64,000 nt of DNA from an uncultured delta proteobacterium (lineage in GTDB: Bacteria; Myxococcota_A; Polyangia; Haliangiales; Haliangiaceae): contig CAWKDB010000002.1 of NCBI GenBank assembly GCA_963848295.1, positions 192,001-256,000 on the forward strand. Direction: 5' to 3'. The notes under the pieces were generated by a model. The model was given only the letters and a program-made list of their open reading frames with translations. It was not told the origin of the DNA and did no database searches. Shown piece after piece: positions 54,169 to 64,000 of this stretch (within the stretch, counting starts at the first letter, position 1; every line of letters starts with the position of its first letter). The position numbers and the translations under genes were made by a program.

Positions 54169-55041
54169 GTGCGGGCCGCGTGTGTCGTCATCGTCGGGCT
54201 CGCCGCGTGTAACTTCACGTCGAACGCCGGGGGTGGCGGCGGCGGTGGCGGTGGGCCGGCGGACGCGCCTCGCGACACGAGCACGGTCGACAGCGATGGC
54301 GATGGCGTGCCGGACAACGTCGACAACTGTCCGCACCAGGCGAACCCGGATCAGCACGACGAGGATCGCGATGGGATCGGCGACGTCTGCGACCTGTGCC
54401 CGCAGGTCGCGGCGCCCCAGATCGACAGCGATGGCGACGGCATCGGCGACGATTGCGATCCGCACCCGATGGTGGCCGGCGACGTGCTCGTCACGTTCGA
54501 ACCGTTCGCGACGCCAGGCGGGATCCCGGCCGACGCGACGCTCGTGGTCGGCACCGCGAGCGACTGGACGGTCGCGAACGACGAGCTGTCGAACACCGGT
54601 CTCGATCTCACCGACGTGCTGTTATTCGATGCCGGCACGCCGAACCAGACGATCGACGCGGGCGTGACCGTCACCGGGATCGAGGCGTCCGCGACCTCGA
54701 CCATCGCGATCATGGCGGTCACCGATTCGGAGAGCACCGCCGACAACTTCTTCCTGTGCCTCGCGGAGACGAACAGTTTCCCGAACTACGCGCTGTACTA
54801 CGATGCCGGAGGCATCTTCACCGCGCTCGATTTCGACGACGTGACCACGGCGACGTTCCCGGGCGTGTTCCGGTTGCGGTCGCGGATCGACGCGAACGGC
54901 GAGTCGTGCGCGATCGCTGCCTCGCCTGCGCCGCAGGCGCTGACGTCCGTCTCGATCCCGGTCGGCAACACGTACGTCGGGCTCCGCTTGCGCGAGGTCG
55001 TCGTGTCGATCCAATACGTCGCGGTCTACAGCTCGCCTTAG
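54169..55041 (+). CDS. Lipoprotein with thrombospondin type-3 Ca-binding repeats
   Basis: Lipobox LAAC; poly-Gly; DSDGDGVPDNVDNCP, DEDRDGIGDVCDLCP, DSDGDGIGDDCDP. Confidence 0.85.
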   Translation: MRAACVVIVGLAACNFTSNAGGGGGGGGGPADAPRDTSTVDSDGDGVPDNVDNCPHQANPDQHDEDRDGIGDVCDLCPQVAAPQIDSDGDGIGDDCDPHPMVAGDVLVTFEPFATPGGIPADATLVVGTASDWTVANDELSNTGLDLTDVLLFDAGTPNQTIDAGVTVTGIEASATSTIAIMAVTDSESTADNFFLCLAETNSFPNYALYYDAGGIFTALDFDDVTTATFPGVFRLRSRIDANGESCAIAASPAPQALTSVSIPVGNTYVGLRLREVVVSIQYVAVYSSP

Positions 55042-55823
55042 CGACGCGGCATCGCGGCGGAGAGCTGTTCGACCAGCGCGCGAAGCCCAGGCACGCCGGC
55101 GGTCGCGAGCCGATCGACGAGCGCCGAGCCGACGACGACGCCATCCGCAACTCGCGCGAACCGCGCGGCATCGGCCGCGGTGCTAATGCCGAAGCCGATC
55201 GCGACGGGCGCTCCGGCGGCGAGTCGGATCTGCGCGAGTCGCACCGGATCGACCGCGGCGGCCGCGCGCGCGCCGGTCACGCCGGTCATCGAGATGTAGT
55301 AGACGAACGGCGCCGTGAAGTCCGAGAGGCGGGCGATGCGTTCGGGCGTCGACGTCGGCGCGACGAGCGGCACGACGCCGACCCCGCGCGCGGCGAGCGG
55401 GTTCGCGAGCTCGGCGAGCTCGTCAATCGGCAGGTCGACGGTCAGCACCGCGTCGATGCCGGATGCCGCCGCGCGTTCGGCGAACGCCGCGACGCCGAGC
55501 GCGAAGATCGGGTTGTAGTAGCCGAACAAGACGATCGCGACGCCCTCGCCTCGCGCGCGCAGCTCGGCGACCGCAGCGAGCGCACCGGCCAACGTGCCAC
55601 CCGCGGCGAGCGCACGCTCCATCGCGGCCTGGATCGACGGGCCGTCCGCCGACGGATCGGAGAATGGCACACCGATCTCGATGACATCGGCGCCCGCTCG
55701 CGCCGCGGCGACGACCGCCTCGATCGACGTCTGCGGATCGGGGTCGCCGAACGTGAGGTACGCGACGAGCGCGGCGCGATGCTCGGTGGCGGCGCGCTCG
55801 AACGCCGCGCGCAAGCGGTTCAC
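55038..55823 (-). CDS. trpA: Tryptophan synthase alpha chain
   Basis: [40 protein letters not shown]. Confidence 0.96.
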   Translation of the reverse strand: MNRLRAAFERAATEHRAALVAYLTFGDPDPQTSIEAVVAAARAGADVIEIGVPFSDPSADGPSIQAAMERALAAGGTLAGALAAVAELRARGEGVAIVLFGYYNPIFALGVAAFAERAAASGIDAVLTVDLPIDELAELANPLAARGVGVVPLVAPTSTPERIARLSDFTAPFVYYISMTGVTGARAAAAVDPVRLAQIRLAAGAPVAIGFGISTAADAARFARVADGVVVGSALVDRLATAGVPGLRALVEQLSAAMPRR

Positions 55824-57136
55824 GCGCCCCCTTGCTTCGCCGCGACCGTGGTCACCGCATCGATCGGCGCGCCAGCCCGCTTCGCCGCTATCGTCGTCAT
55901 GTCTTTATCGCCGCGGCCGGACAGCCCGACGATCACGACGCCGCCGTTGACCGCGCGCGCGACCTCCCCGAGCGCCGCGACTGCATGCGCGGTCTCGAGC
56001 GCGCAGATGATACCTTCGCTGCGCGCGAGGCGTTCGAGCGCCGCGAGCGCTTCGGCGTCGGTGCGCGCGATGTACGTGACCGCGCCAGTGTCCTTCCAAT
56101 GTGCGTGCTCGGGCCCGACGCCGGGATAGTCGAGGCCGGCGCTGATCGAGTGCGCGTGCGCGATCTGACCATCGGGAGTCTGCAACACGTAGCTCTTGCT
56201 GCCGTGGAGCACGCCGACCGCGCCAGCGCCGAGCGTCGCGGCGTGGCGCCCGGTCGCGATGCCGTCGCCCGCGGCCTCGACGCCGAAGCAGCGGACCTCG
56301 CCGATCATCGGCGCGAACAGCCCCGCCGCATTGGAGCCACCGCCGACGCACGCGACGAGCGCGGACGGCAACGCTCCGGTCGCGGCGATCACCTGCGCGC
56401 GCGCTTCGCGGCCGATCACCGACTGCAGATCGCGCACCAGCCATGGATACGGGTGTGGGCCGGCGACCGAGCCGATCAGGTAGAACGTGTCGCCGACGTT
56501 GGTCACCCAATCGCGCAGCGCCTCGTTCATCGCGTCCTTGAGCGTGCGCGTGCCGCTGTGCACCGCGTGTACCCTCGCGCCGAGCAGCCTCATGCGCTCG
56601 ACGTTGAGCGCCTGGCGCACGACATCTTCGGCGCCCATGTAGATCTCGCACGGCAAGCCGAACAGCGCGGCGACCGTCGCGGTGGCGACGCCGTGTTGAC
56701 CCGCGCCGGTCTCGGCGATCAGGCGGCGCTTGCCCATCCGGCGCGCGAGCACCGCCTGGCCGATGCAGTTGTTGATCTTGTGCGCGCCGGTGTGATTGAG
56801 ATCCTCGCGCTTGAGGTACACGTCGGCACCGACCTCGGCCGATAGCCGGCGCGCGCGATACAGCGGCGATGGCCGGCCCACGTAGTCGACGAGCAGCTGA
56901 TCGACCTCGCCCCAGAACCCAACATCCGCCCGTGCCGCTCGCCACGCGGCTTCGAGCTCGCCGATCGCCGGCATCAACGTCTCGGCGACGTATTGTCCGC
57001 CGTAAGGACCGAACCGGCCCTGTACCGGCTCGGGCAGCCGTACGATTTGCTCGACGGTCGGGGCTGGCCCCCGGCCGTCAGCGCCGCCGGATGGCGGTCC
57101 AGTTCTATCGGCGGTCGCCACGCCCGTGCGTACCAC
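55820..57136 (-). CDS. trpB: Tryptophan synthase beta chain with element-derived N-terminal segment
   Basis: [60 protein letters not shown]. Confidence 0.96.
   Translation of the reverse strand: MVRTGVATADRTGPPSGGADGRGPAPTVEQIVRLPEPVQGRFGPYGGQYVAETLMPAIGELEAAWRAARADVGFWGEVDQLLVDYVGRPSPLYRARRLSAEVGADVYLKREDLNHTGAHKINNCIGQAVLARRMGKRRLIAETGAGQHGVATATVAALFGLPCEIYMGAEDVVRQALNVERMRLLGARVHAVHSGTRTLKDAMNEALRDWVTNVGDTFYLIGSVAGPHPYPWLVRDLQSVIGREARAQVIAATGALPSALVACVGGGSNAAGLFAPMIGEVRCFGVEAAGDGIATGRHAATLGAGAVGVLHGSKSYVLQTPDGQIAHAHSISAGLDYPGVGPEHAHWKDTGAVTYIARTDAEALAALERLARSEGIICALETAHAVAALGEVARAVNGGVVIVGLSGRGDKDMTTIAAKRAGAPIDAVTTVAAKQGGA
57056..57111 (+). mobile_element. Intragenic double-hairpin element, copy 4 (antisense, in the trpB 5' end)
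   Basis: GGTCGGGGCTGGCCCCCGGCCGTCAGCGCCGCCGGATGGCGGTCCAGTTCTATCGG; gapless 45/56 to the ribE copy; TCGACGGTCG and TCGGCGGTCG lie 57 nt apart. Confidence 0.78.
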
Positions 57137-57139
57137 GGC

Positions 57140-58417
57140 TCACGGGTCGCCCGGGCTGCCGAAGAAGCCGAGGTAAGCCTCGAGGACTTCGTCATGTTTG
57201 CCGACTGAAAAGACGTGTTGGGGCACCGACCAGCGATCGAAGCTCTCGACGTACACCCGGTCGCCGTCGACGATCGCGTGCGCGGTGAGTTGCATCGTGC
57301 CGGCGAACGGCGCGACCTCGCCCGCGGTCTCGCGATACGCGAGCTCGAACGGCAGCTCGATCGCGCCGCTCGCTCCTTCTGGTAACGCCGGCGCGCGGAG
57401 GCCGATCTCACCCTCGACGACGATCTCGCGCCCGCCGTCCAGCGCGATCGTGAGTCGCGCCTCGCCGCGCTCCTCGCCGCCGATCGCGCGCTCGGGGATC
57501 ACGGTGAACATCGCGCCGAATTGTTTGCGGTCAGCACCCGGACGTGTCTCGTTCACGTAGAGCGAGAACCAACGCCGGCGATCTAGATCGGACGGCAACC
57601 GGGCTCGGTCGTGCTCGACCGCCAACTCCGCGAGCGCCGGCCCTGGCTCGCCGGCGAGCACGCGCCGAGCCGCGACGAGCGTCGCGGCGTCGAACGCGCT
57701 GACGACCTCGAGCGGAAACCGCGAAGGGTCGGCGTGCAGGTTCCACAGCTGCGGCTCGCCTTGCCGTCCGACCACGGCGTCGATCCACGCCGGGGCCGAC
57801 GTGACGTCTCCCTCGCGCAGGTCTCCAGGCCGAAATCTGCCGCCCGATTCCTCGGTCGGCGCGCGTCCCGCGATCACGGTGAGCTCGCGGTCGGCCTTCA
57901 GCCGCACGTGGAGCACGCGGATGCCACCGTAGTCATCGTGCGGATCCGACGGTCGTACCGTGAGCTCCTCGATCGCCAGCTCGCGATAGAGTCCGTCGTA
58001 GACGATCGTGATCCCGCGTGGGATCCGGATCTGATACTTCGCAGCGATGTCGGCCCGGATCGCATCAGCGAGGGGTGCGACCGCGGAGTCGAATGCGGGC
58101 TGCTCGCCCGGATCGCGAATCAAACCTCCGAACCCGGTACCGAGCAGATGCACGCGCGCGCCAGGCTCGGTCGCGACCTCGTAGACTGCCTCGACGAGCT
58201 CGATGTGGTTGAAGAACGCGCGAAAGTGGTGAACGTACGGTCCGACGCTGACCACGCGGTAGTAGTTGCGGAGCTCGCGAAGCTGACCGTACTCGGCGTG
58301 TGGTGGCGGCGGCGGTGGCTCGGGCGCGACCGCGGGTGGCGGCACCGCGGGCGCGACTGGGGGCGGGCGGCCTGGCGCGGTACAACTCAGGACCACGAGG
58401 ATCAGAGCGCGTCTCAT
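57140..58417 (-). CDS. Hypothetical lipoprotein-like protein inside the trp operon
   Basis: GGAG RBS; MRRALILVVLSC, then Pro-rich linker; 425 aa. Confidence 0.7.
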   Translation of the reverse strand: MRRALILVVLSCTAPGRPPPVAPAVPPPAVAPEPPPPPPHAEYGQLRELRNYYRVVSVGPYVHHFRAFFNHIELVEAVYEVATEPGARVHLLGTGFGGLIRDPGEQPAFDSAVAPLADAIRADIAAKYQIRIPRGITIVYDGLYRELAIEELTVRPSDPHDDYGGIRVLHVRLKADRELTVIAGRAPTEESGGRFRPGDLREGDVTSAPAWIDAVVGRQGEPQLWNLHADPSRFPLEVVSAFDAATLVAARRVLAGEPGPALAELAVEHDRARLPSDLDRRRWFSLYVNETRPGADRKQFGAMFTVIPERAIGGEERGEARLTIALDGGREIVVEGEIGLRAPALPEGASGAIELPFELAYRETAGEVAPFAGTMQLTAHAIVDGDRVYVESFDRWSVPQHVFSVGKHDEVLEAYLGFFGSPGDP

Positions 58418-58500
58418 GACTCCGCGATATCACGCGGTCGCGCGTGCATGGCGAGCAAACTCGCGGTGCGACCACCGACGCGAAGTCGCGTCTCATGAAG

Positions 58501-59136
58501 TCATTGGCCGCGAGCGGCTGTAACAAATGCGGCGAGCTTCGCCGGATCCTTGATCCCGGGTCCGGCCTCGACGCCGCTCGCGACATCGACGACCCACGGG
58601 TCGACCTGCGCGATCGCGGCGCCGACGTTGTTCGCATCGAGGCCGCCGGCGAGCACGATCTTGAGCGCGGGGAACTTGTGGCGCGCATCGGCGGCGAGCG
58701 CGTGATCGAAGCGAGCCCCTGCCCCGCCGCGGCTGGGCGTCGGCGCATCGAGCAGCACCGCTTCGACCGGCCAGGCCTCGAGGTGCTCGAGGTCGCGCGC
58801 GGACTTCACCGCGATCGCCTTCCACACCGGGCGATAGACCGCGGCCGAGACGCGCTTGCACGTCTCGGCATCCTCGTCACCGTGCAGCTGGATCACGTCG
58901 AGCTCGACGCGGCCGGTGATCGCGAGGATCTCGTCGACGTCCGCATCGACGAACACGCCGACGAGCTTCGCCGCACCCGACGCGCGGGCGACCGCCGCGA
59001 GCATCGGCGCGCGCTCCGGCGCGACATAGCGCTTCGACTTGTCCCAGAAGTTCAGGCCGATGAAGTCGACGCCCGCAGCCGCGACGCGGGCGGCATCGTC
59101 GGCGAGCGTGACGCCGCACACCTTGATCCGCGTCAT
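58501..59136 (-). CDS. trpF: Phosphoribosylanthranilate isomerase
   Basis: IKVCGVT, QLHGDE, LLDA, GGAG..FD, LAGGL, DVASGVE. Confidence 0.95.
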   Translation of the reverse strand: MTRIKVCGVTLADDAARVAAAGVDFIGLNFWDKSKRYVAPERAPMLAAVARASGAAKLVGVFVDADVDEILAITGRVELDVIQLHGDEDAETCKRVSAAVYRPVWKAIAVKSARDLEHLEAWPVEAVLLDAPTPSRGGAGARFDHALAADARHKFPALKIVLAGGLDANNVGAAIAQVDPWVVDVASGVEAGPGIKDPAKLAAFVTAARGQ

Positions 59137-59930
59137 CGCAGCAGCTCCGCGAGCGCGACGCCAGGCGATGGTGCGCGCATCAAGTGCTCGCCGACCAGCA
59201 CGGCGTGCGCGCCGGCGTCGCCCATCCTGCGGACGTCGGCGCTCGTCTTGATCCCGCTCTCGGCGACGAGCACGACGCCCGCGGGCACGCGCTTCGCGAT
59301 CTGCTCGGTCAACGTCATGTCGATCGCGAGGGTGCGCAAGTCGCGATGGTTGACCCCGAGCAACGTCGCGCCCGCCTCGAGCGCGCGGTCGGCCTCCTCG
59401 ATCGTGTGCGCTTCGACGAGCGCCTCGACGCGACAGTTGCGCGTCGCCTGCAGCATCGTCGCGAGCTCGCCACCTGGCAACGCGGCGACGATCAGCAGCA
59501 CGGCATCGGCGCCGAACATCATGCCCTCGTAGACTTGCTCGGGATCGATCAGGAAGTCCTTGCGCAGGATCGGGATGCGGGTCGCGTGCTTGCACGGGCC
59601 GAGGAAGGCGATGTCGCCGGCGAAGAACTCGCGATCGGTCAGCACCGAGATCGCGGCGGCCCCTGCGGCTTCGTACTCGCGCGCGATCGCGACCGGATCG
59701 GCATCGCGGCGGATGTCGCCCGCCGACGGCGACGCGCGCTTGATCTCGGCGAGCACGCGCACGGGGGCCCCGCTCGGCCGGCGCAGCGCCGCGACGAGCG
59801 AGCGCTTCGGCTCCTTGATCAGCGTGCCCGCTTGCAGCGCCGCGATCACGCGATCGGTCGGCGCCACCGCGCGCAGGGCCGCGGCCTCGACGCGTTTGTT
59901 CGCGAGGATCGTGTCGAGGATCGAGCTCAT
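59133..59930 (-). CDS. trpC: Indole-3-glycerol phosphate synthase
   Basis: AEIKRASPSAG, SVLTD, LRKDF, GVNHRDL, AESGI, LVGEHLM. Confidence 0.95.
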   Translation of the reverse strand: MSSILDTILANKRVEAAALRAVAPTDRVIAALQAGTLIKEPKRSLVAALRRPSGAPVRVLAEIKRASPSAGDIRRDADPVAIAREYEAAGAAAISVLTDREFFAGDIAFLGPCKHATRIPILRKDFLIDPEQVYEGMMFGADAVLLIVAALPGGELATMLQATRNCRVEALVEAHTIEEADRALEAGATLLGVNHRDLRTLAIDMTLTEQIAKRVPAGVVLVAESGIKTSADVRRMGDAGAHAVLVGEHLMRAPSPGVALAELLR

Positions 59931-60970
59931 GCGGTCGCCTCGCGCCAGCGGTCGAGCACGCGCAGCGCCGAGCCATCGCGCACCGCCGCGGCCACGCGCG
60001 CGTACTGGCGGTGGAGCTCGGCGAGATCGAGGGGACCGAGCTCGAGCAGCGCGAGCCCGAGCGCCGCGGTCATCGCCGCCGCGTTGAGCACCGCTTCGTT
60101 GCGCTCGCCCGAGCCGATCTCGCGGCCCCGCGAGCACGTCTTCGCAGATCTTGGCGTTGTGCGCCGCATCGCCACCTGCGAGCCCCGCGGGATCGACCTC
60201 GCGGATATCGAAGCTCGCGGGTGACAGCGTCACCGTGCAAGTCGCTCCGTCGTCAAAGATCACGACGTGCGTCGTCGCCGGCGCACCGCGATTTCATCGA
60301 GATTCCCGGCGCCGTGCACGACCGCCGCCCGGCGCACGCCGAGCGCTCCGAGCGCTGTCGCCATCGGCTCGCACCATGCGCGGTCGTAGACGCCGACGAC
60401 TTGATGGCCGACATGCGCTGGGTTCGTGAGCGGTCCGAGCAGGTTGAAGATCGTCCGCGTGCCGAGCTCCTTGCGCGGGCCGGCCGCATGACGCGTCGCC
60501 GCGTGAAACCGCGGCGCGAACATGAAGCCGATGCCGAGCGTATGCGAGCTGACGCTCGACGACCGCCGGCTCACGATCGATCGCGACGCCGAGCGCTTCG
60601 AGCACATCGGCCGAGCCACACTTGCTCGACTGCGCGCGGTTGCCGTGCTTCGCGACGGTGCCGCCGCACGCCGCGATCAGGATCGCCGCGAGCGTCGATA
60701 CGTTGATCGTGCCCACACCGTCGCCGCCAGTGCCACACGTGTCGATCGCGCGCGAGGCATCGAACGCGAGCGGCGTCGCGCGGGCTCGCATCGCGGTCGC
60801 GGCACCGACGAGCTCGTCGACGGTCTCGCCCTTCGCGCGCAACGCGACGAGCAAGCCGCCGATCTGCGCCGGCGTCGCCGCGCCATCCATGATTTCGCCG
60901 AACACCGCGGCCATCTCGTCGCGCGCCAGGTCGACGCGCGCGATCAACTTCGCGATCGCGCCGGCGATGT

Positions 60971-60974
<4 letters not shown>
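59927..60974 (-). CDS. trpD: Anthranilate phosphoribosyltransferase; about 3 apparent frameshifts
   Basis: [31 protein letters not shown] | [25 protein letters not shown] | GGDAAHNA. Confidence 0.88.
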
Positions 60975-61546
<572 letters not shown>

Positions 61547-61550
<4 letters not shown>

Positions 61551-63079
61551 GACGCCACCGGCCCGGCCGTGCGGGCCATCGCGACCGCGCGCAGCACCGC
61601 TCGCGCCTTGTTCACGGTCTCTTGGTACTCGGTTTCGGGCACCGAATCTGCGACCAATCCGGCGCCGGCTTGCACGTAGATCGTGCCGCCGGTCGCGACC
61701 AGCGTGCGAATCGCGATCGCGAAGTCGACGTTGCCGGTGTAGCTGACGTAGCCGACCGCGCCGCCATACAAGCCGCGGTGATGCGGCTCGAGCTCGTCGA
61801 TGATCTCCATCGCGCGGATCTTCGGCGCGCCCGACAGCGTGCCGGCGGGAAACGCGGCGCGCAGCACGTCGAGCCAGGTCTTGCCCGGCGCGAGCCGGCC
61901 GACGACGTGCGACGTCAGGTGCATCACGTGCGAAAACTTCTCGACGATCATCTGCTCGGCGACCTGGACCGAGCCGATCTCGGCGACTCGACCGACATCA
62001 TTGCGGCCGAGATCGATCAGCATCAAGTGCTCGGCGCGCTCCTTCGGATCGGCTAGGAGCTCGGCGGCGAGCCGGTCGTCGTCGCTCGCGGTCGCGCCGC
62101 GCGGCCTCGTGCCGGCGATCGGCCGGAGCTCGACCCGGTCGTCCGAAAGCCGGACGAGCGTCTCGGGCGATGCGCCGGTCACCCGCGCCTCGGGAAACTC
62201 GAGGTGGAACATGTAAGGCGACGGATTGATCACGCGCAGCGCGCGATAGACATCGAGCGGTCGCGCGCCTGCCTCGGGCATCGCGAACCGCTGCGACAGC
62301 ACGACCTGGAACACGTCGCCGGCGAGGATGTAGTCCTTCACGCGCTCGACCGCGGCGATGAACTGCTCGCGCGGGAACGCCGACTCCGGCAACACCTCGC
62401 CGACCGCGCCGCGCATCTCGAGCTCCGCCAGCGCCTGACGTGGGGCGCGCAGCCGCTCGATGATCGCCTCGATCCGGGCACACGCGCGGTCGTAGACCGG
62501 CTCGGCGCGCTCGGGCCGTCCGACGTACGGTGTCGCGACGATCTTCATCGTCTGGCGCAGGTTGTCGAAGATCAGCAGCGTGTCGGTGATGACCATGCAC
62601 AACGGCGGCACCGCGGCCGAATCCGCGTAGGGGCCTGGCTTGCGTCGCGCCGGGAGATCCTCGAATGCGCGCACGCAGTCGTATGCGATCCAGCCGACCG
62701 CGCCGCCCCAGAACCGCGGCAAGCCGGGCACATCGACCGGGTGGAGCTCGCCGAGCACCTCGGCGACCGCCGCGGCCGGATCGGCGCACGCCCACTCCGC
62801 CGAGCGCGGCGCGCCGCCGCCATCGACGTCGTACCAGATGACGCTCGCGGTCCCCGCGGCCCAACGCACGACCGCGCGCGGCGCGACCCCGACGAACGAG
62901 TACGCCGCCCACGTCGCACCGCCGACGACCGACTCGAGCAAGAAGCTGTGCTCGCCAGCGCCGAGCGCGGCGTACGCCGACACCGGCGTGTCCGAGTCGG
63001 CGAGCAGCTCGCGATAGACCGGGATCAAATTCCCGCGCGTTGCGGCGGCGGCGAACTCGGTCCGCGAGGGCGTGTACAC
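61547..63079 (-). CDS. trpE: Anthranilate synthase component I
   Basis: [54 protein letters not shown] start 6 nt after TATAAC. Confidence 0.95.
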
Positions 63080-63184
63080 GCGAGCGTTATACCCCGCCGG
63101 GCATCGCCGCGGGATCGTGCGCTCGCGCGGGCTGCACTCGCTCGAGCCGGCGTTTTGTAACTTGCAGCCCGCTCGGCGCATCTC

Positions 63185-63811
63185 ATGCTTGTCGTGATGG
63201 AGCCGTCGTTCGCGACGATCGCCGCCCGCCGCCGGATGCGGATCGCGTTCGGTTGGGCGCTGATTGCAGGGGCGCTCGCGATGGTCGCGAACGGTCTCCA
63301 CCACCGCGTGCACCACGCGACGATTCTAATCGCGGCGTGGGGACTCGCGGTGTTCGCAGTGCTCGTGGCCCACGCGTTTCCCAGCCGCCGCATGCCCGGA
63401 CTGGCGCGCAGCCTCGCCATCCCGATGATCGGGCTCGCGCTGACGCTGCCGCTCACCCTTCACCTCGGCTTCGCGACGCTGGTGGGCTGGGGGAACGGCT
63501 GGTTCGACGACTGGGTCGATATCAGCCTGGTGATCGTCGGCCCCGCCCATCTCGCGATCGCCGCGATGTGCGCGTGGCGCGCGCACGAGCTCGCGATGCC
63601 GCAGCGACTGCCGATGTCGACGTTCACGATCTACTGGACGACGATCGGCGTGTCGTGCGTCCCGTTCGGCTTCCTGTGGATGATCCCGCCCGGGCTCGTC
63701 GCGGTCACCGCCCTCGGCCTCGTGCCGTTCATCTCGGCGATGCAGCGGATCGCCGAGCGTGAGCGCGTCCCGGCCGGAGACCGCATGCCGCGCGCGGTCG
63801 CTTCGGTGTAA
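63185..63811 (+). CDS. Hypothetical integral membrane protein (about 6 TM)
   Basis: Multiple hydrophobic helices; 208-aa ORF. Confidence 0.7.
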   Translation: MLVVMEPSFATIAARRRMRIAFGWALIAGALAMVANGLHHRVHHATILIAAWGLAVFAVLVAHAFPSRRMPGLARSLAIPMIGLALTLPLTLHLGFATLVGWGNGWFDDWVDISLVIVGPAHLAIAAMCAWRAHELAMPQRLPMSTFTIYWTTIGVSCVPFGFLWMIPPGLVAVTALGLVPFISAMQRIAERERVPAGDRMPRAVASV

Positions 63812-63821
63812 GACTCCCGGC

Positions 63822-64000
63822 ATGACGCTCGCCGACACCGACCCCGAGATCGCGAAGCTGATCGCCGCCGAGGAACAGCGCGAGCGCGACAAGATCCGCC
63901 TGATCGCGTCGGAGAACTACGTGTCGCGCGCCGTGCTCGCCGCGACCGGCTCCATCCTCACGAACAAGTACAGCGAAGGCTATCCAGGCAAGCGCTACTA
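63822..64000 (+). CDS. glyA: Serine hydroxymethyltransferase, partial (5' end)
   Basis: Manual translation: [59 protein letters not shown]. Confidence 0.95.
   Translation, partial: MTLADTDPEIAKLIAAEEQRERDKIRLIASENYVSRAVLAATGSILTNKYSEGYPGKRY

Overview
Very GC-rich (about 70% by eye) bacterial chromosome segment. Myxococcota origin (Haliangium/Kofleria-like) is inferred from two large Ser/Thr kinases, a Myxococcales-type ECF sigma factor, a BMC-T shell gene and many Cys-rich lipoproteins. Most of the window is housekeeping: an RND pump, CCA enzyme, holA, rlmD-like methyltransferase, scoAB, tldD/pmbA, S2P-scpA-scpB-rluB with xerD, the yceD-rpmF-plsX...fabD-fabG-acpP-fabF-rpiB-nrdR-ribD-ribE-ribBX-ribH-nusB cluster, trpEGDCF-x-trpBA, and the start of glyA. 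No rRNA, tRNA, CRISPR array, transposase or prophage was recognised. The main find is a dispersed 57-bp (19-codon) double-hairpin element present four times, always inside ORFs (ribE, plsX, trpB and a membrane-protein gene). It occurs in three reading frames and both orientations, preserves the frame each time, and in two copies is flanked by exact, copy-specific 4-bp direct repeats. It looks like a MITE/REP-like element that writes new peptide segments into housekeeping enzymes, analogous to Rickettsia palindromic elements. Many frameshifts between about 40.7 and 61.3 kb (ribBX, ribE, nrdR, fabD, trpD, trpG and a gene at 52.1 kb) mostly look like single extra bases and are most likely sequencing errors.
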